Shown here in pieces: positions 1 through 15,893 of a stretch of 64,000 bases of DNA. Each line of letters begins with the position of its first letter. Positions within the stretch are counted from its first letter, which is position 1. The DNA comes from the human T2T-CHM13v2.0 reference genome, Homo sapiens: assembly GCF_009914755.1 (NCBI RefSeq), contig NC_060932.1; one strand, given 5' to 3'. The notes below the pieces were generated by a model. That model did no database searches. It saw only the letters and a program-made list of their open reading frames with translations, and was not told the origin of the DNA. Both the position numbers and the translations under genes were made by a program.

Positions 1-9
1 CAGGTAAGT
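1..9 (+). other. Consensus 5' splice donor CAG|GTAAGT (probable exon end at position 3; the window would be intronic)
   Basis: Perfect 9-mer U1 match at window start; antisense bias of downstream L1s fits a + strand host gene. The exon itself lies outside the window. Confidence 0.6.
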
Positions 10-367
10 CTCAAACCATGTTTCCTTTATTAATTTAGTTTACCAAACTCAGTCAGTTTGTTAACACTCGAAGTTGTGATTTGGAAGCTCTCGTGCAATT
101 TTATTGAATAAAAATATAATGCTGTGGTAATTTTTAAAACAAACTAGAGAAATAGTGTGTTGGCTTCATTCAAAGCAGTATAATCAATAATCAACTTATA
201 CTAAGAACCATTTTATAGCCTACTGGCACAAATTTATTCATATTAGCATCATTTAGTCATGGATGAACATGTGATCCAATTTTCCTTCAAATTAACTTAT
301 TCCAAATAATAAACATAATCTAATGTAGCTTCCTGCACATAACAGATAATTGTTAGGTATTTTTTAA

Positions 368-699
<332 letters not shown>

Positions 700-2230
700 C
701 TATCATTCCTTAAGATACTATTATTTCTTGATTTATTTGTAAAAGTACATAAAGTGAAGGTCCTCAAAAATTGTGTTATAAGAACCTCGAATGTCCAGTG
801 TGGAGGATAGTCCTCTACTATTTGCCAAGAAGCCTTTCATTAATTGTTAGGTTACTTAAGAGGTCATTCAATGAATGCTAAATATATAGCTCCTCTCTAT
901 AACATTATCCTGAATAGCTGCATGTTTATTTTAATCCTGGGTTAGGAGAGGCATTAAAACCTCATGATCACTGAAAAACAAAACAAAACCAAAAAAACAC
1001 AAAAAACAAGAACTGCAATAACTGTTTCTAACATTCTTACAAATAATCAAGAAGCCAAACATATTTAAAGCCACTCAGATTATCTTTTAGCAAATATGAC
1101 AAAAGAATAAAAAAACTTAAACAAATTAAAAGTGCAATAAAGATCCATGTGGGTGATCATTTAGAGAGCAACCAATTTCCAAACACTGTTTTCATTACTT
1201 TCAATTTACCAACAAATAACTAACATAAAAATTATAAGTTTTCTTCTTATTAAACCCGTCCTCCTTAGGAATGTAAAATAGAGTACTTCGATAGTTTATA
1301 TGTACTGGGTAATTAAAAATGAATTAAAGTCTATTTTTCCAAAAATCTAGATTTTGTATTAATTCTCACCATCTTTCCTTCATTGATCTAATAGGATAAG
1401 TTTCTATTGAAATAAGGCACAAATAATATTCCATGTGAGAAGGAATAATTAATCTTTTTTAATACTTTAGAATTTCTGGCTATGGTTTCTAAAACTATCG
1501 ATTTTTCAGTTACTATTAGATTCTTCCACTACAGAAAGTTGAGAAGCATGGACATTTCTGGCTGTCTGTACAATTCAAAATGGCAGGTACCTTGCTATTA
1601 TAAACAAGAAACTATATAGAACATGATTATTTTTATCTACATAGTGTCATCAAGTTTATCTATTCTTGATGGCCTTGCTTAAAAGCCATCTTCAAAAATC
1701 CCTCTCTGATATTCTCAATCAGAAATTGCATTTCTCACTTCTCAATTCTCAGCATTTTATGCCAATTTTTGATATAGTTCTGTTTCTTATTTTTTTTTTT
1801 TTTGCATTTTGTTCATATATGTTTTCTATATTCCCTATGCAATAAGTTCTTTGGAGGAAAGTCCATTATTGTATCTCCCACAAGGGCTACAAAACTGTGT
1901 TTCATGTACTAGGCACTAAACAATCATTTTCAAGTTTACAATAGAGACTAGTGTAATAAGCACAATAAATGCTTTTTGAATTAAGACTATGAAATCAATA
2001 TGAATAAGATGAATAAAAGAATGGATAAATCAATGATTATAATAGCTTATAAGGGAATAACAAAAAATATACTTATTTCTTGGGGAATGACAAATTTAGG
2101 CTAGTGTTTTGTATTTGGAAATTAGCGTGATTTTTTCCAGTGGATTTTGTTTTATTCTAGATGACATTTAAAACTGTGAATGCCCATTTAGAATTACTGG
2201 GAGCATATAAACAATATTAGTTCTAATTCT

Positions 2231-2565
<335 letters not shown>

Positions 2566-2579
2566 TTAGTTCTAATTTT

Positions 2580-2720
2580 TTTACAACTTTTTAAGTGCAC
2601 AATACTGTATTATTAATTATAGGCACTATGTTGTTCAGGGAATCTCTAGAACTTATTCATCTTGCATAAGTGAAACTTTATACCCATAGAGCAATAATTC
2701 TCCTTCATGTAAGTGCTCTT

Positions 2721-2756
<36 letters not shown>

Positions 2757-3010
2757 ACCCACAGAGGGCCACAAGGAAACTTTTGGAGTTGATAGATATT
2801 TTTACTACCCTGATTATGGTGACAACATTATGGGTGTATGTATATGACCAAACTTATCAGATTATTTACATTAAATATGGAAAAATTTTATATATCAATT
2901 ATGCATCAACAAAGCTGTTTAAAAAATTACAAGTTTAATGTATACAATTTGATGAGTTTCGACATATACATATACTCATGAAAATGTCTATTACCTTGGT
3001 TGTGATAATG
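2580..3010. mobile_element. Short old L1M 3'-end fragments in mixed orientation
   Basis: Motifs 'ctctagaacttattcatcttgcata', 'caaggaaacttttggagttgatagatat' and 'tatacaatttgatgagttt' resemble L1MA-ME 3' UTRs. Confidence 0.6.
2724..2755. repeat. (CA)n microsatellite, ~16 units
   Basis: Direct reading. Confidence 0.95.
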
Positions 3011-6000
3011 ACTTCATGTAATTTAATTTTTTTATTTTGGTAAAATACACATAACATAAATTTACCATCTTAATAATGTTTAGATGTACACTTTAGTGGT
3101 ATTTAATACATTCGTACTGTATTCGTAGTTTTGATTTGCATTTTCCCAATGATTAAGAATGTTCAGTATGTTTTAATGTGCTTGCTGACTATATTTATAT
3201 ATTCTGTGAAGAAAAACCTATTTATGTCCTTTGTCCATTTTTAAATTATGTTTTTAGTTTGTTTTTTGTTGTTGTTGTTGTTGTTGTTGTTATTGAGTTT
3301 TAGGCATTTCCTACAAATTCTGGACATTAATCTTTTATCAGATTTATGATTTGCAATACTTTCTCCCAATCTGTGGGTTTCCTGTTTACTGCTCGTAGTG
3401 TCTTTTAGTACCTACATTTAAAAATTTTTCAGAGTCTGGTTTATTTTTTCTTTTATTGCCTGTGTCTTAGGTGTCATATTCAAGAAATCATTGCCAAATC
3501 CAGTGTCATAAAGTTTTCTTCTAAGAGTTGTATTGCCTCAGGTCTAACAATAGGTCTTCGATTCCTTTGAGTTCCTTTTTGCATATGATGTTGGGTAACT
3601 TGTAATTTTGCATGTGGCCATTTACAAATTGTTGAAAATATTGTTCCTTCCTCATGGAATGGTCTGGCACCCTTGTCAAAATAATTTGACCATATATGCC
3701 AACATTTATTTCTGGGCTTTTCTTACTCCTTTTATTATGCTATAACAAAATATTTGACAGTGGGTAATTTATAAACAATGGAAATTTATATCTCACAGTG
3801 CTGGAGCCTGGAAGTCCAGTATCAAGGCACAGGCAGGTTCAGTGTCTGGTGAAGGCCCAGTCTGTCTGCTTCCAACGTGGTGCCTTATCGCCATATCCTT
3901 ACAGGGTGGAAGGCAGAAGAGCAAGAGGGGCAAATTCTTTTTGAAGCCTCTTTTATAATAGAATTAATTTATTCATGAGAACAGAGTCCTCTTGGCTTAA
4001 TCACTTCCCAAAAGGCCCCTCCTCTTAATACCACCACAGGGGAAGATTAAGTTTGAACATAAATTTTGGAGAGGACACATATTCAAACCATACTATTACT
4101 CCCCCGGCCCCCACAAATTCATGTTCTTCTCACATTAAAAATGCATTTATTCCATCCCAATAACCCCAAAAGTCTAAACTTATCTAGCATCAACTTTACA
4201 GTCTAAGTCCAAAGTTTCATCTAAATATCATTCAAGTCAGATATGGGTGAGACTCAAGGCATGAGTCATCCAGAGGTAAATTTCTCACCAGCTGTCAGCC
4301 TGTGAAATCAAACAAGTTATGTGCTTCAAAAATACAACTATGGGACAGGCAGAGGATAGACATTCTTATTCCAAACTAGAGCAATAGGAAAGTAGAAAGG
4401 AATAACAGGTCCCAAGTAAGTTTAAAACTCAATGAGGCAAATAATGTTAAATCATGAGGACTGAGAATAATGCTGTCTCCCTGTTACACCCTCTGAATAC
4501 ATTGAGATGGGGATTGGATCCCTAAATCTCTGAGAAACCCCCCTTTCACAGCTTTGCTGGCTGCAACTCTCATGCATTGAAGTTACATGCTTTGGTTTTC
4601 CCAGGTTAAAGTTGCACACTGGTGGGATTACCCTTCTGGGGTCTTGGGGGTGGCCATGACCCCGTAACTCTATTAGGCAATACCTTTATAGGGCTCTCTG
4701 CAGTGGCCCAAACACTACAACTCTACTGAGAATTGCTCCTGTGACGACTGTGGGTGTTAGTCCATACCCCATTTCTCCACTAGGCATTGTCCTAGTGGGG
4801 ACGCTATGACAGCCTCACCCTGTGGCAGTTCTCTACCTGGGCTACAGGGATCACCAAGGCATTCTTTAAAATCTAGGTAGAAGAAGGCAGCTTCCACAGC
4901 TCTTGCACTCTGTGCACATGCTTAGTTAGCACTATGTGAATGCCACCAAGAGTTACTGCTTGTGCTCTCTGGAGAAGTAGGCTGAGCTGCACCTGGGCAC
5001 TCTTGAGCTAGGATGGCCAAGGAGTGCTTCACTGGAATGTGGGAAGTAAAGACTTGTGGCACTGGACAGAAAGGCCTAAGGTCCCAATGGCACCCTGTAC
5101 CACTCCCTTGAAACTCTTCTGTCCTTAGTACTCCTGGACTGTGATGAGCATAGCAGCCTCAAAGATCTCCAAAATGCTTTCAGAATTATCCTCCCGTTGT
5201 CTTGATCAGTAGCATCTGGCTTCCTTGTATCCAGACTAATCTTTTTTTCACATAGTCACTTAGCTGTACCCTTGGTTTTCTCTCCTAAACATGTTTTAAA
5301 AAATTCTTATGTAGCTAGGCTGAGAATTTTCCAAATTTCCATGTTCTGTTTCTCTTCTTATTATAAATTCTATGTTTAATTTATTTATCTTTTCTCACAT
5401 TCTACTATAAGCAGTTAAGAGAAGCCATGCAGCACTCTGGACACTTTGCTTAGAGATTTCTCCTGCCAAATACCCTAGTTCATCACTCTTAAATCCTGCC
5501 TTCCAGAAAGCATTAGAACACAGACAAAATTCAGCCAAGTTCTTTGCCACTTTGTAACAAGAATGGACTTCTTTCCAGTTTTCAATGAGATTTTCCTCAT
5601 TTTGATCTAATACCTCATCAGAACAGCTTTTATTTTATTTTATTTAAATTTCAATAGTTTTTGGGGAACAGGTGGTGTTTGGTTCCATGACTAAGTTCTT
5701 TAGTGGTGATTTTTGAGATTTTGGTGCACTTGTCACCTGAGCAGTGTATGCTGTACCCAATGTGTAGTCTTTTATCCCTTACCCCTCCACACACCTCCCC
5801 ACAAGTCCCCAAAGTCCATTGTATCGTTCTTAAGCCTTTGCATCCTCATAGCTTAGTTCCCACTTATAAGTGAGAACATATGAGTTTTGATTTTCCATTC
5901 CTGAGTTACTTCACTTAGAATAATGGTCTCCAACTCCATCCAGGTTGCTGCAAATGCCATTATTTTGTTCCTTTTTATGGCTGAATGGTATTCCATGGTA

Positions 6001-7371
6001 TATATATTTACGAAGTTTTCTTAATCCATTTCTTGGTTTATGGACATTTAGGCGGATTCCATATATTTGCAATTGCAAATTGTGCTGTTATAAACATGCG
6101 TGTGCAAGTGTCTTTTTCATATAATGACTTCTATTCCTCTGGGTAGATACTCAGTAGTGGGACTGTTGGATCAAATAGTAGTTCTACTTTTATTAAATAA
6201 TTCTTTAAGGAATCTCCATACTGTTATTCATAGTGGTTGTACTAGTTTACATTCCCAGCAGCGGTGTAAAAGTGTTCCCTTTCACCACATTATTACCACC
6301 ATCTGTTATTTTTTGATTTTTTAATTATGGACATTCTTGCAGGAGTAAGGTGGTATTTCATTGTGGTTTTGACTTGCATTTTCTTGATAATTAGTCATAT
6401 TGAGCATTTTAAAAATACATTTGTTGACTATTTGTATATCTTCTTTTGAGAATTATCTATTCATGTCCTTTGCCCACTTTTTGATGGGATTATTTGTTAT
6501 TTTTCTGCTGATGTTTTTGAGTTCTTTGTAGATTCTGGATATTGGTCCTTTGTCAGATGCATAGTTTGTGAATATTTTGTCTCACTCTGTAGGTTGTCTG
6601 TTTACTTTGCTGATTATTTCTTTTGCTCTGCAGAAGCTTTTTAATTTAATTACGTCCCATCTATTAATCTTTGTTTTGGTTGCAGTTGCTTTTGGGTTAT
6701 TGGTCATGAAGGCTTTGCCTAAGCCAATGTCTACAAGAGTTTTTCCAATGTTATATTTTAGAATTTTTGTGGTTTCAGGTCTTAGAACTAAGTCTTTCAT
6801 CCATCTTGAGTTGATTTTTTGTATAAGGTGAGAGATGAGAATCCAGCTTCATTCTTCTGCATGTAGCTAGCCAGTTATCCAAGCACCATTTGTTAAATAG
6901 TTTCCTCACTTTACGTTTTTGTTTGCTTTGTCAAAGATCAGTTGGGTGTAAATATTTGGCTTTATTTCTGGGTTCTCTATTCTGTTCCATTGGTCTGCCT
7001 GCCTATTTTTATACTAGTGCCATTCTATTTTGGTAACTATTGCCTTGTAGTACACTTTGGAGTCAGGTAATGTGATGCCTCCAGATTATTTTTTTCTGCT
7101 TAGTCTTGTTTTGGCTTTGTAGGTTCTTTTTTGGATCCATATGAATTTTAGAATTGGTTTTTCTAGTTCAGTGAAGAATGATGATGGTATTTTGGTGGGA
7201 ATTGCACTGAATCTTTAGATTGCTTTTGGCAATATGATCCTTTTCACAATATTGATTCTACCCATCCATGAGCATGGGATGTGTTTTCATCTGTTTGTGT
7301 TGTTTATGATTTATTTCAGCAGTGTTTTGTAGCTTTCCTTGTAGAGATATTTTACCTCCTTGGTTAGGTAT

Positions 7372-7546
7372 TGTATTTAGTCAGTTTTCACACTGCTATT
7401 AAGAATACTACCTGAGACTGTGTAATTATAAAGGAAAGAAGTTTAATTGACTCACAGTTCCATAGGCTTAACAGGAAGCATTGCTAGGAGGCCTCAGGAA
7501 ACTTACAGTTGTGGCAGAAGGTGAAAGAGAATCAGGCACCTTCTTC
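7372..7546 (-). mobile_element. Truncated MSTA/THE1-type MaLR LTR inserted in L1PB
   Basis: 'tgtatttagtcagttttcacactgcta...gaggcctcaggaaacttacagttgtggcagaaggtgaa', which stops abruptly at ~7546. Confidence 0.8.
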
Positions 7547-10500
7547 CATGTATTTATATAGCTTTGAGGGTTCCTTATGGAGTTAATTTACAGTTTAATT
7601 TTACTATGGTATGAGAGAGTACTTGATATAATTTCAATTTATCTTGTCTGATTGCTCTGGCTAGGACTTCCAGTACTATGTTGAATGGCAGTGGTGAAAG
7701 TTGTCATCTTTGTCTTGTTCCATTCTCAGAGAAAATGCTTTCAACTGTTCTCCATTCAGTGTAATGTTGGCTGTGGGTTTGTGATAGACGGCTTTTATTA
7801 CTTTGAGTTATGTCCCTTCTATGCTGATTTTTCTGAGGGTTTTAATCATAAAGGGATGACAGATTTTGTCAAATGATTTTAATGCATCTATTGAGATGAT
7901 CACATGATTTTTGTTTTTAATTCTGTTTATGTGATGTATGACAATTATTTACTCATGTATGTTAAACTATCCCTGCATTCCTGACATGAAACTCACTTGG
8001 TTATAGTTATTATCTTTTTATATGCAGTTGGATTTGGTTCACTAGTATTTTTTGAGGATTTTTACATCTATGTTCGTTAGAAATATTGGTCTGTAGTATT
8101 CTTTTTCTGTTATGTCCTGTCTTGGTTTTGGTATTAGGGTGATACTGGCTACATAGAATAATTTAGGGGACATTCTCTCTTTTTCTGTCTTTTGGAATAG
8201 ATTCAGTAAGATTGGTACCAAATCTTCTTGGAATGCCTGATAGAATTAAGCTGTGAATCTGAAACCATCTGGTCCTGGACTCTTTTTTATTGTTGTTGGC
8301 ATTTTTTATTTAATTACTATTTCAAGCTTGCTACTTGCAATTGGCCTGTTTAGTTTCTATTTATTTCTGATTTAATCTAGGAGGGTTGTATATATCCACG
8401 AATTTATCCATCTCTTCTAGATTTTATAGTTTGTGCATGTAAGGGAGTTCATAGGAGCCTTGAATGATTGTATTTCTGTGGTATTGGTTGTAATATCTCC
8501 TGTTCTGTTTCTAACTGAGCTTAATCAGATCTTCTCTCTTCTTTGTTAATACGGCTAATGGTCTATCAATTTTACTTATATTTTCAAAGAACCAACTTTT
8601 AATTTTATTTATATTTTGTATTTATGTCAATTTCATTTAGTTCTGCTTTGATCTTTGTTATTTCTTTTCTATTGCTGGGTTTGGGTTTGGTTTATTCTTG
8701 TTTTTCTAGTTTCTTGAGGTGTGACCTTTAATTGTCTATTTGTGCTTTTTCAGACTTTTTGATGTAGGCATTTAATGCTATGCACTTTTCTCTTAGCATT
8801 GCTTTTGCTGTATCCCAGAGGTTTTGTAAGTTGTGTCACTAATATTGTTCAGTTCAAAGAATTTTTAAATTTCCATCTTGATTTCATTGTTGACCCAATG
8901 ATAACTCAGAAGCAGGTTATTTAATTTCCATGTATATATATAGATTTGAGGGTTCTTTTTGGAGTTAATTTCCAGTTTAATTTTACTGTGGTGTGATAGG
9001 ATACTTGATATAATTTCAATTTTCTTAAATTTATTGAGATTTGTTTTGTGGCCTGTCATATGGTCTATCTTAGAGAATGTTCCATGTACTTACAAAAATA
9101 ATGTATATTCTGCTGTTGTTGGGTAGCACGCTCTGTAAATACCTAAGTCCATTTGTTCTAAGGCATAAAGTCCATTGTTTCTTTGTTCACTTTCTGTCTT
9201 GATGGTCTGTCCAGTGCTGTCAGTGAAGTATTGAAGCCTTCCATTATTATCGTGTTGCCTTGTATCTTATTTCATAGGCCTAATAATAATTATTTTATAA
9301 ATCTGGGATATCCAGTGTTAGGTGCATATATATTTATAATTGCATTTTCCTGTTGGACTGCTCTTTTTATTATTATGTAATGTCCCTCTTTGACTTTTTT
9401 TAACTGTTGTTGCTTTAAAGTCTGTTTTGTCTTATATAACAATAGCTACTCCTTCTTGCTTTTGGTTTCCATTTGCATGGAATGTTGTTATTCACCCCTT
9501 TACCTAGCACTTATGTGAGTCTTAAGCGCTTGATGAGTCTTTTGAAGACAGATACTTTGAAGATACTTGATTGTTGGATTTTCTTTTTCCCCATTCTGCC
9601 ATTCTGTATCTTTTAAGTGGAGCATTTAGGCCATTTACATTCGACATTAGTATTGAGATGTAAGGCACTGTTTTATTCATTATGTTAGTTGTTGCCTGAA
9701 TACTTTGTGATTCTTTATTGTGTTATTGTTTTACAGGTCATGTGAGATTTATGCTTTAAGGAGATTTTGTTTTAGTATATTTTGAGGTTTTGTTTCAAGA
9801 TTTAGAACTCTTTTTAGCATTTCTTGTAGTGCTGGCTTCATAGTGGTGAATTCCCTCAGAATTTGTCTAAAAAAGACTATCTCTCATTCACTAACGAAAC
9901 TTAGTTTTTCTGGATACAAAATTCTTGGCTAATAATTATTTCATTTGAGGAGGCTAAAGATAAGAACCCAATACCTTCTGGCCTGTAGTATTTCTGCTAA
10001 GAAGTCTGCTGTTAATCTGATAGGTTTTCCTTTATAGGTTACCTGATGCTTTTTCCTCACATGTCAATATTCTTTTCATCGTCTTGACTTTAGATATCCT
10101 GATGACTGCGTGCCTAGGCAATGATCTTTTTGTGATGAATTTCCCAGGTGTTCTTTGAGCTTCTCGTATTTGGATGTCTAGATCTCTAGCAAGGACAGGG
10201 ACATTTTCCTCAATTATTCCCTGAAATAATATTTCCAAACGTTTAGATTTCTCTTCTTCCTCAGGAACACCAATTATTCTTAAGTGTGGCCATTTATCAT
10301 AATTCCAATTTTTTTGGAGGCTTTATCTAGTTATTTAAATTCTCTTTTCTTTGCCTTTGTCTAATTGGGTTAATTCAAAAGCCTTGTCTTCAAGCTCTGA
10401 AGTTCTTTTTCCACTTTTTCTAGTCTATTGTTGACACTTTCCAGTGCATTTTGTATTTCTCTAGGTGTGTCTTTCACTTTCAGAATTTGTGATTGTTTTT

Positions 10501-12049
10501 TCATTATGATACCTATTTCTCTGGAGAATTTTTCATCCGTATTCTCTATTATTTTTTAATTTCTTTAAGTTAGTTTTCACTTCTCTCAGGTATTTCATTG
10601 AGTAGCTTAATAATCAACCTTCTGAATTCTTTATCTGGCAATTCAGAGATTTCTTTTTGGTTGGATCCATTGCCGGGAAGCTAGTGTGGTCTTTTGGGGG
10701 TGTTATAGAATCTTGTTTTGTCATATTATCAGAATTACTTTTCTGATTCCTTCTTATTTGGGTAGTCTATTTCAGTGGAAAAATCTGGAACTCAGGGGCT
10801 GCTGTTCAAATTATTTTATCCCTTGGGGTGATCCCTTGATGTGGTGCTCTCCCCCTTCCCCTAGGGATGGGGCTTCTTGAGAGCCAACTCCAGTGATTTT
10901 TATTGCTCTTCTGGGTCTAGCCACCCAGCAAGGCTACTGGCCTCTGGGTTGGTGCTGGGAAAGTCTGCGAAGAGTCCTGTAATATGATCCATCTTCAGGT
11001 CTCCCAGCCCTGGATACCAGCACCTCTTCTGGTGGAGGTGGCAGTAGACTCTGTGAGAGTCCTTAGTTGTAGATTTGTTTAGTGTGCTGGCTTTCTTGAA
11101 TGCTGGTTATGCTAGCAGTGAAGTTGTTATGTGGACAGACTCAGGACTTCTGGTTAGCCAAGGAATAGCTGTTATTTTCTTCTTGCTTTGACCAGGGTTA
11201 TTCTGTCATGAATTGCTGTAATGTCCTGAGTTGGTTGACCTCCAGCTAGGAGGTGGTGTTTTCAAGAGAGCACCAGCTATGATGGTAAAGGGGATAAAAG
11301 CCACCCTAAATTGACGAGGGTAGGTATTCAGGTTTCTCAGGTGATGGGCAGGGCCATGAAGTTCCCAAGAGTTTATTTCTTTTGTGATTGGCTACCGGGG
11401 CGGGTAGCAAAAAACCATTAGGTCGGGCGAGAATTAGGTAGGTCTGAGCTCAGACTTTCCTTAGGTGGGGCTTGCTGTGGCCACTATGGGTAATGGGGGT
11501 GGTTTTCAGGCCAAAAAGTTTACGTTCCAGAGGGGATTATGGCTGTCCCTGTCACCAGGGAAGTGGGAGAAAGCCGGTAGTGATAGGCCTCATCCAACGC
11601 TCACACAGCTGGTGAAGTTGGTTTCACTCCCACTGTGCCCTGTTAACAAAGCTGAATTGATCTCCAGGCAGCCTGCACATGGATCTCAGACCTTGATCCA
11701 GGCAATAAGCTTCCCCACCGAGAAAGCAAGCACAGCCATCAGATGTTGCCCCTCCCTGCCTGCCCACACTGTTGGCTGTAGCTCCTGCACGCTTTTCTGT
11801 AGCAGTTCCTGTTCACCCCCTAGATTCAAGAGAGTTTGACCTGAGTTGAAATTATTGCAAAGTTCAGTTGGAATGTTCTTTTACCCTGTGACCCATCCCA
11901 AATTCCACCAGATGCCTTATCCAAGGGACCCTGTGAAATATAGTCAGGGATGGCTTCTCTGGGCTTGAGCTGGAGAATGAGTGCCTACAAAGCTCTTCTC
12001 GCTGCTACTTCTACTTTTATATTCCTCACTAAATGTATTTCAAATCTAG

Positions 12050-12476
<427 letters not shown>

Positions 12477-13881
12477 TGTTTTGTGGAATTTTTCTGTGGT
12501 GTACCACTTCTTTCAAAGGATCTGTGAATCCTTTAGGTTTTCCTGATACATTCCTGCAGTGGTTCTTAGAGCAAAAGTTCATGGTGTGAATCTCCACATG
12601 CTGTTCTGTCGATCAGAGTGGGAGCTGCACATTAGTCCTGTCTGCTATCCACTATCTTCCCAGGTCTCCCAGAATGGCTTTTACTAAGCATATTTCTACA
12701 AACATTCTGTTCACAACCATTTAGATAATGTCCAAGGATGAATACGGCTCCCTTGTTCTGAGCCCTCACCATAATTACCCTTAATTATTCATTCATGACA
12801 ATACAAGCTTTTTCCAGCATTCATGTCAAAATTCTACCCATTACCCAGTTCCAAAGCAGCTTTCACATTTCCCAGTATTTATTATAGCAACACTCCTACT
12901 TCATTTCTTTGTCTATGTGTGATGCTGTAACAAAACACCTCCTAGAAAAAGAAGAAGAGAGGTGAACTCTCTGAAGCCTCTTTTATAAGGGCTTCAGTTC
13001 ATTCAAAGGGTGAGGTTCTCAACTTATTGACTGCCCCAAAAGAAACTACCACTTTACACCACCACAATAAGGATTATGTTTCAACATAGATTTTGGAAGG
13101 GACATACATTCAAACCATAACAGAGCTCTTTGTTCTATTCTATTGGCCTATATATCTGTCCTGATGTCAGTACCATACTGTTTTGATTATTGTAGTTTTG
13201 TAATAAGTTCGGAAATCAGAAAGTGTGTATCCTTCATCTTTGTCCTTATTCAAAATTGTTTTGGCTATTTTGGGTCCCTTGAGATTCCATATAAATTTTA
13301 AGAAGGGTTTTTCTATCTCTGCAAAAATTATCACTGGGATTGCATTGATTCCATAGATTGCTTTGAGTAGTATGGTCATTTAAACAATATTAAGTCTTCC
13401 AATCTATGAACATGAAATGTGTTCCCACTTATTTGGTCTTAATTTTATTTGCAGTAATGTTTTGTAGTTTTCATTGATGTCTTTCCCTTTCTTGGTTAAT
13501 TCCTAAGTGTTTTCTTATTTTGAATGCCATTTCAAATGGAACTGTTTTCTTAATTTCATTTTCAAATTGTTTACTGTTAGTATGTAGAAATGCAACAAAT
13601 TTTTGTGCATTTGTTTTGTATCTTGATTCTTTGCTGAATTCAATTATTAGCTTTGATAGTATTTTTGTGGTATTTTAGGGTTTTCTATATATAAGATCAT
13701 ATCACCTATGAACAAAGATAGTGCTAACACTTTGTTTTCAAGTTAGATCCCTTTGTGTTTTTTCACTTATCTAATTGTTTGGCTATAACTTCTAGTGCTA
13801 TGTTGAGTGGAAGTGGTGAAAGAAGGCATCCAGATCTTAGATCATTTTCCTGATCTTAGAGGAATTTTTCACTGTTAAGTA

Positions 13882-14094
13882 CAGATTATTTCTAATCCAA
13901 AAATTTAAAATCCAAAATGCTCTAAAATATGAAAATTTTTGAGTGCCAGCATGACACTCAAAGAAAATGCTCACTGGAGCATTTCAGATCTTAAGTTTTA
14001 CGATTAGGGATAATCAACCTAAGTATAATGAAAATATTCTCAAATCCTAAACACTTCTTTTTCCAAGCATCTCAAATAAGGGATACTCCATCTG
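13882..14094. mobile_element. Tigger4a/MER46-type DNA transposon MITE
   Basis: TA-flanked; 'aatccaaaatgctc...catgacactcaaagaaaatgctcactggagcatttcag...aaataagggatactc'. Confidence 0.75.
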
Positions 14095-15179
14095 TATGTT
14101 TGCTGTGAATTTTTCATACATGGCTTTTATTATGCTCAGGTAGTATCCTTCTATTCCCATTTTGTTGAATGTTTTTGTCATTAAAAGGTCCTAAATTTTG
14201 TCAAGTGCTTTTTCTTCATCAATTGAGATAATCGTTTTTTTCTTTGCTCTTATAATGTGGTGTATTACATTGATTTTCAGATGATGAACCATCTTTGTAT
14301 TTCAGAAATAAGTCCCACTTGGTCATAGTGTATAATTCTTTTAATATGCTGCTGAATTCAGTTTGCTAGTATCTTGTTGATAAGATATATTGGTCTGTAG
14401 TTTTCTTTTCTCATGGTGTCTTTTTCATCTTTTTCCGGCTTTGGTATCTGAGTAATGCTGGCCTTATACAATGAGGAAGTGTTCTTTCCTCTTAAAATTT
14501 GGGAAAAGTTAGTGAATTGTTGATATTAGTTCTTCTATAAATATTTGGTAGAATTTACCCATGAAGCCATAAGGCCTGGGGCCTTTATTTGTCTTGAGAT
14601 ATTTGGTTACCAATTCAATATCCTTACTAGTTACAGGTCTATTCAGGTTTTCCATATCCTTGTGATTTGGTATTGGTGGGTTTTGTCTTTCTAGGAATTT
14701 GTCCATTTCATCTTGATTATCCAATTTGTTTGCGTACAATTGATCACAGTTCCCTTTTATAACTCTTTTTATTTCTGTAGAATTGGTAGTAATGTTGCCA
14801 CATTCACCTGTGATTTCAGTGAATCTTCTTTTTTCCTACTGTATTTAAATATTTGTTCATTTTATTGATCTTTTCAAAGAATTACCTTCTGGTTTCATTA
14901 AATTTTTTCTATTAGTTTTTATTCTCCTTTTTATTCCTGTCTAATTTAATCTTTATGATTTCTTTCCTTCTGCTAGCTTTGGGTTTAGTTTGTTCCTATT
15001 TTTCTAGTCCTTCAGTCACAATGTTGGGTTGTTGATTTGAGATCTTTCTTATTTATTAATGTGTAATTGTTTATATATGTAAATTTTTCCCTTAGCACTG
15101 CTTTCACTGTGTCCCATAAGTTTCAGTATGTTGTATTTTTATTCTCATTAATCTCTACATTTTTTTAAGTTTCTCATTA

Positions 15180-15435
15180 CTTTAATTTTTAATTTATTAT
15201 TATTTCTAATATGTATTTTTTATTTCAATAGCTTTTAGAGGACAAGTGGTTTTGGGTTATATGAGTGTATTTTATAGTGGTGAAGTCTGAGATTTTTTTG
15301 TGTCTGTCACTTGTGTAGTGTACATTGTACCCAATATGTAATTTTTGATTATTTATTCCCCTCACATCCTCCCCCATTCCTGAGTCTCTGATGTCTGCTC
15401 TGTATGCCTGTATACCACTTTGTATGCCTTTCAGT
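15180..15435 (-). mobile_element. 5'-truncated L1PB4/L1MA-type 3'-end fragment
   Basis: T-rich tail followed by 'tttcaatagcttttagaggacaagtggttttgggtta...tacattgtacccaata'. Confidence 0.7.
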
Positions 15436-15893
15436 TCATCTCTAGTTCATCTCTAAATATTTAAAAATTTCCCTTGTGATATCTTCCTTGATGTATTGGT
15501 TGTTTAAAACATGTTGTTTAATTTCCAAAATTTTGTGAAGTTTCCAGTTTTACTTATGTTATTGATTTCTAGTTTCATTCTATTGTGATCAGAGAAGATA
15601 CTTTATGTGATATTTATCCTCAGGGTAGCCTAGTAAATAAATACAGAATACACAAAATATATAAAGAATGCAGAATATATAAAAGATATTTATCTTTTTA
15701 AACCTATTGAGACTTAATTTGTGGGCTAACATATGGGCTATTCCATAAAATGTCACATGTGCATTTGATGGTCTCTCAGTAGGTGTAAATGTTGATTATT
15801 GTTACATCTTCTTACTGTATTGAACTTCTTATTAATATATAATATCCTCTTTGTCTCTTGTAAACATTTTAAAAGTCTATTTCGTCTATTAGT

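Noticed and set aside
11465-11839. 124-aa ORF in GC-richer sequence
   Set aside because: Antisense frame within the L1PB 5' UTR, with no recognisable protein features.
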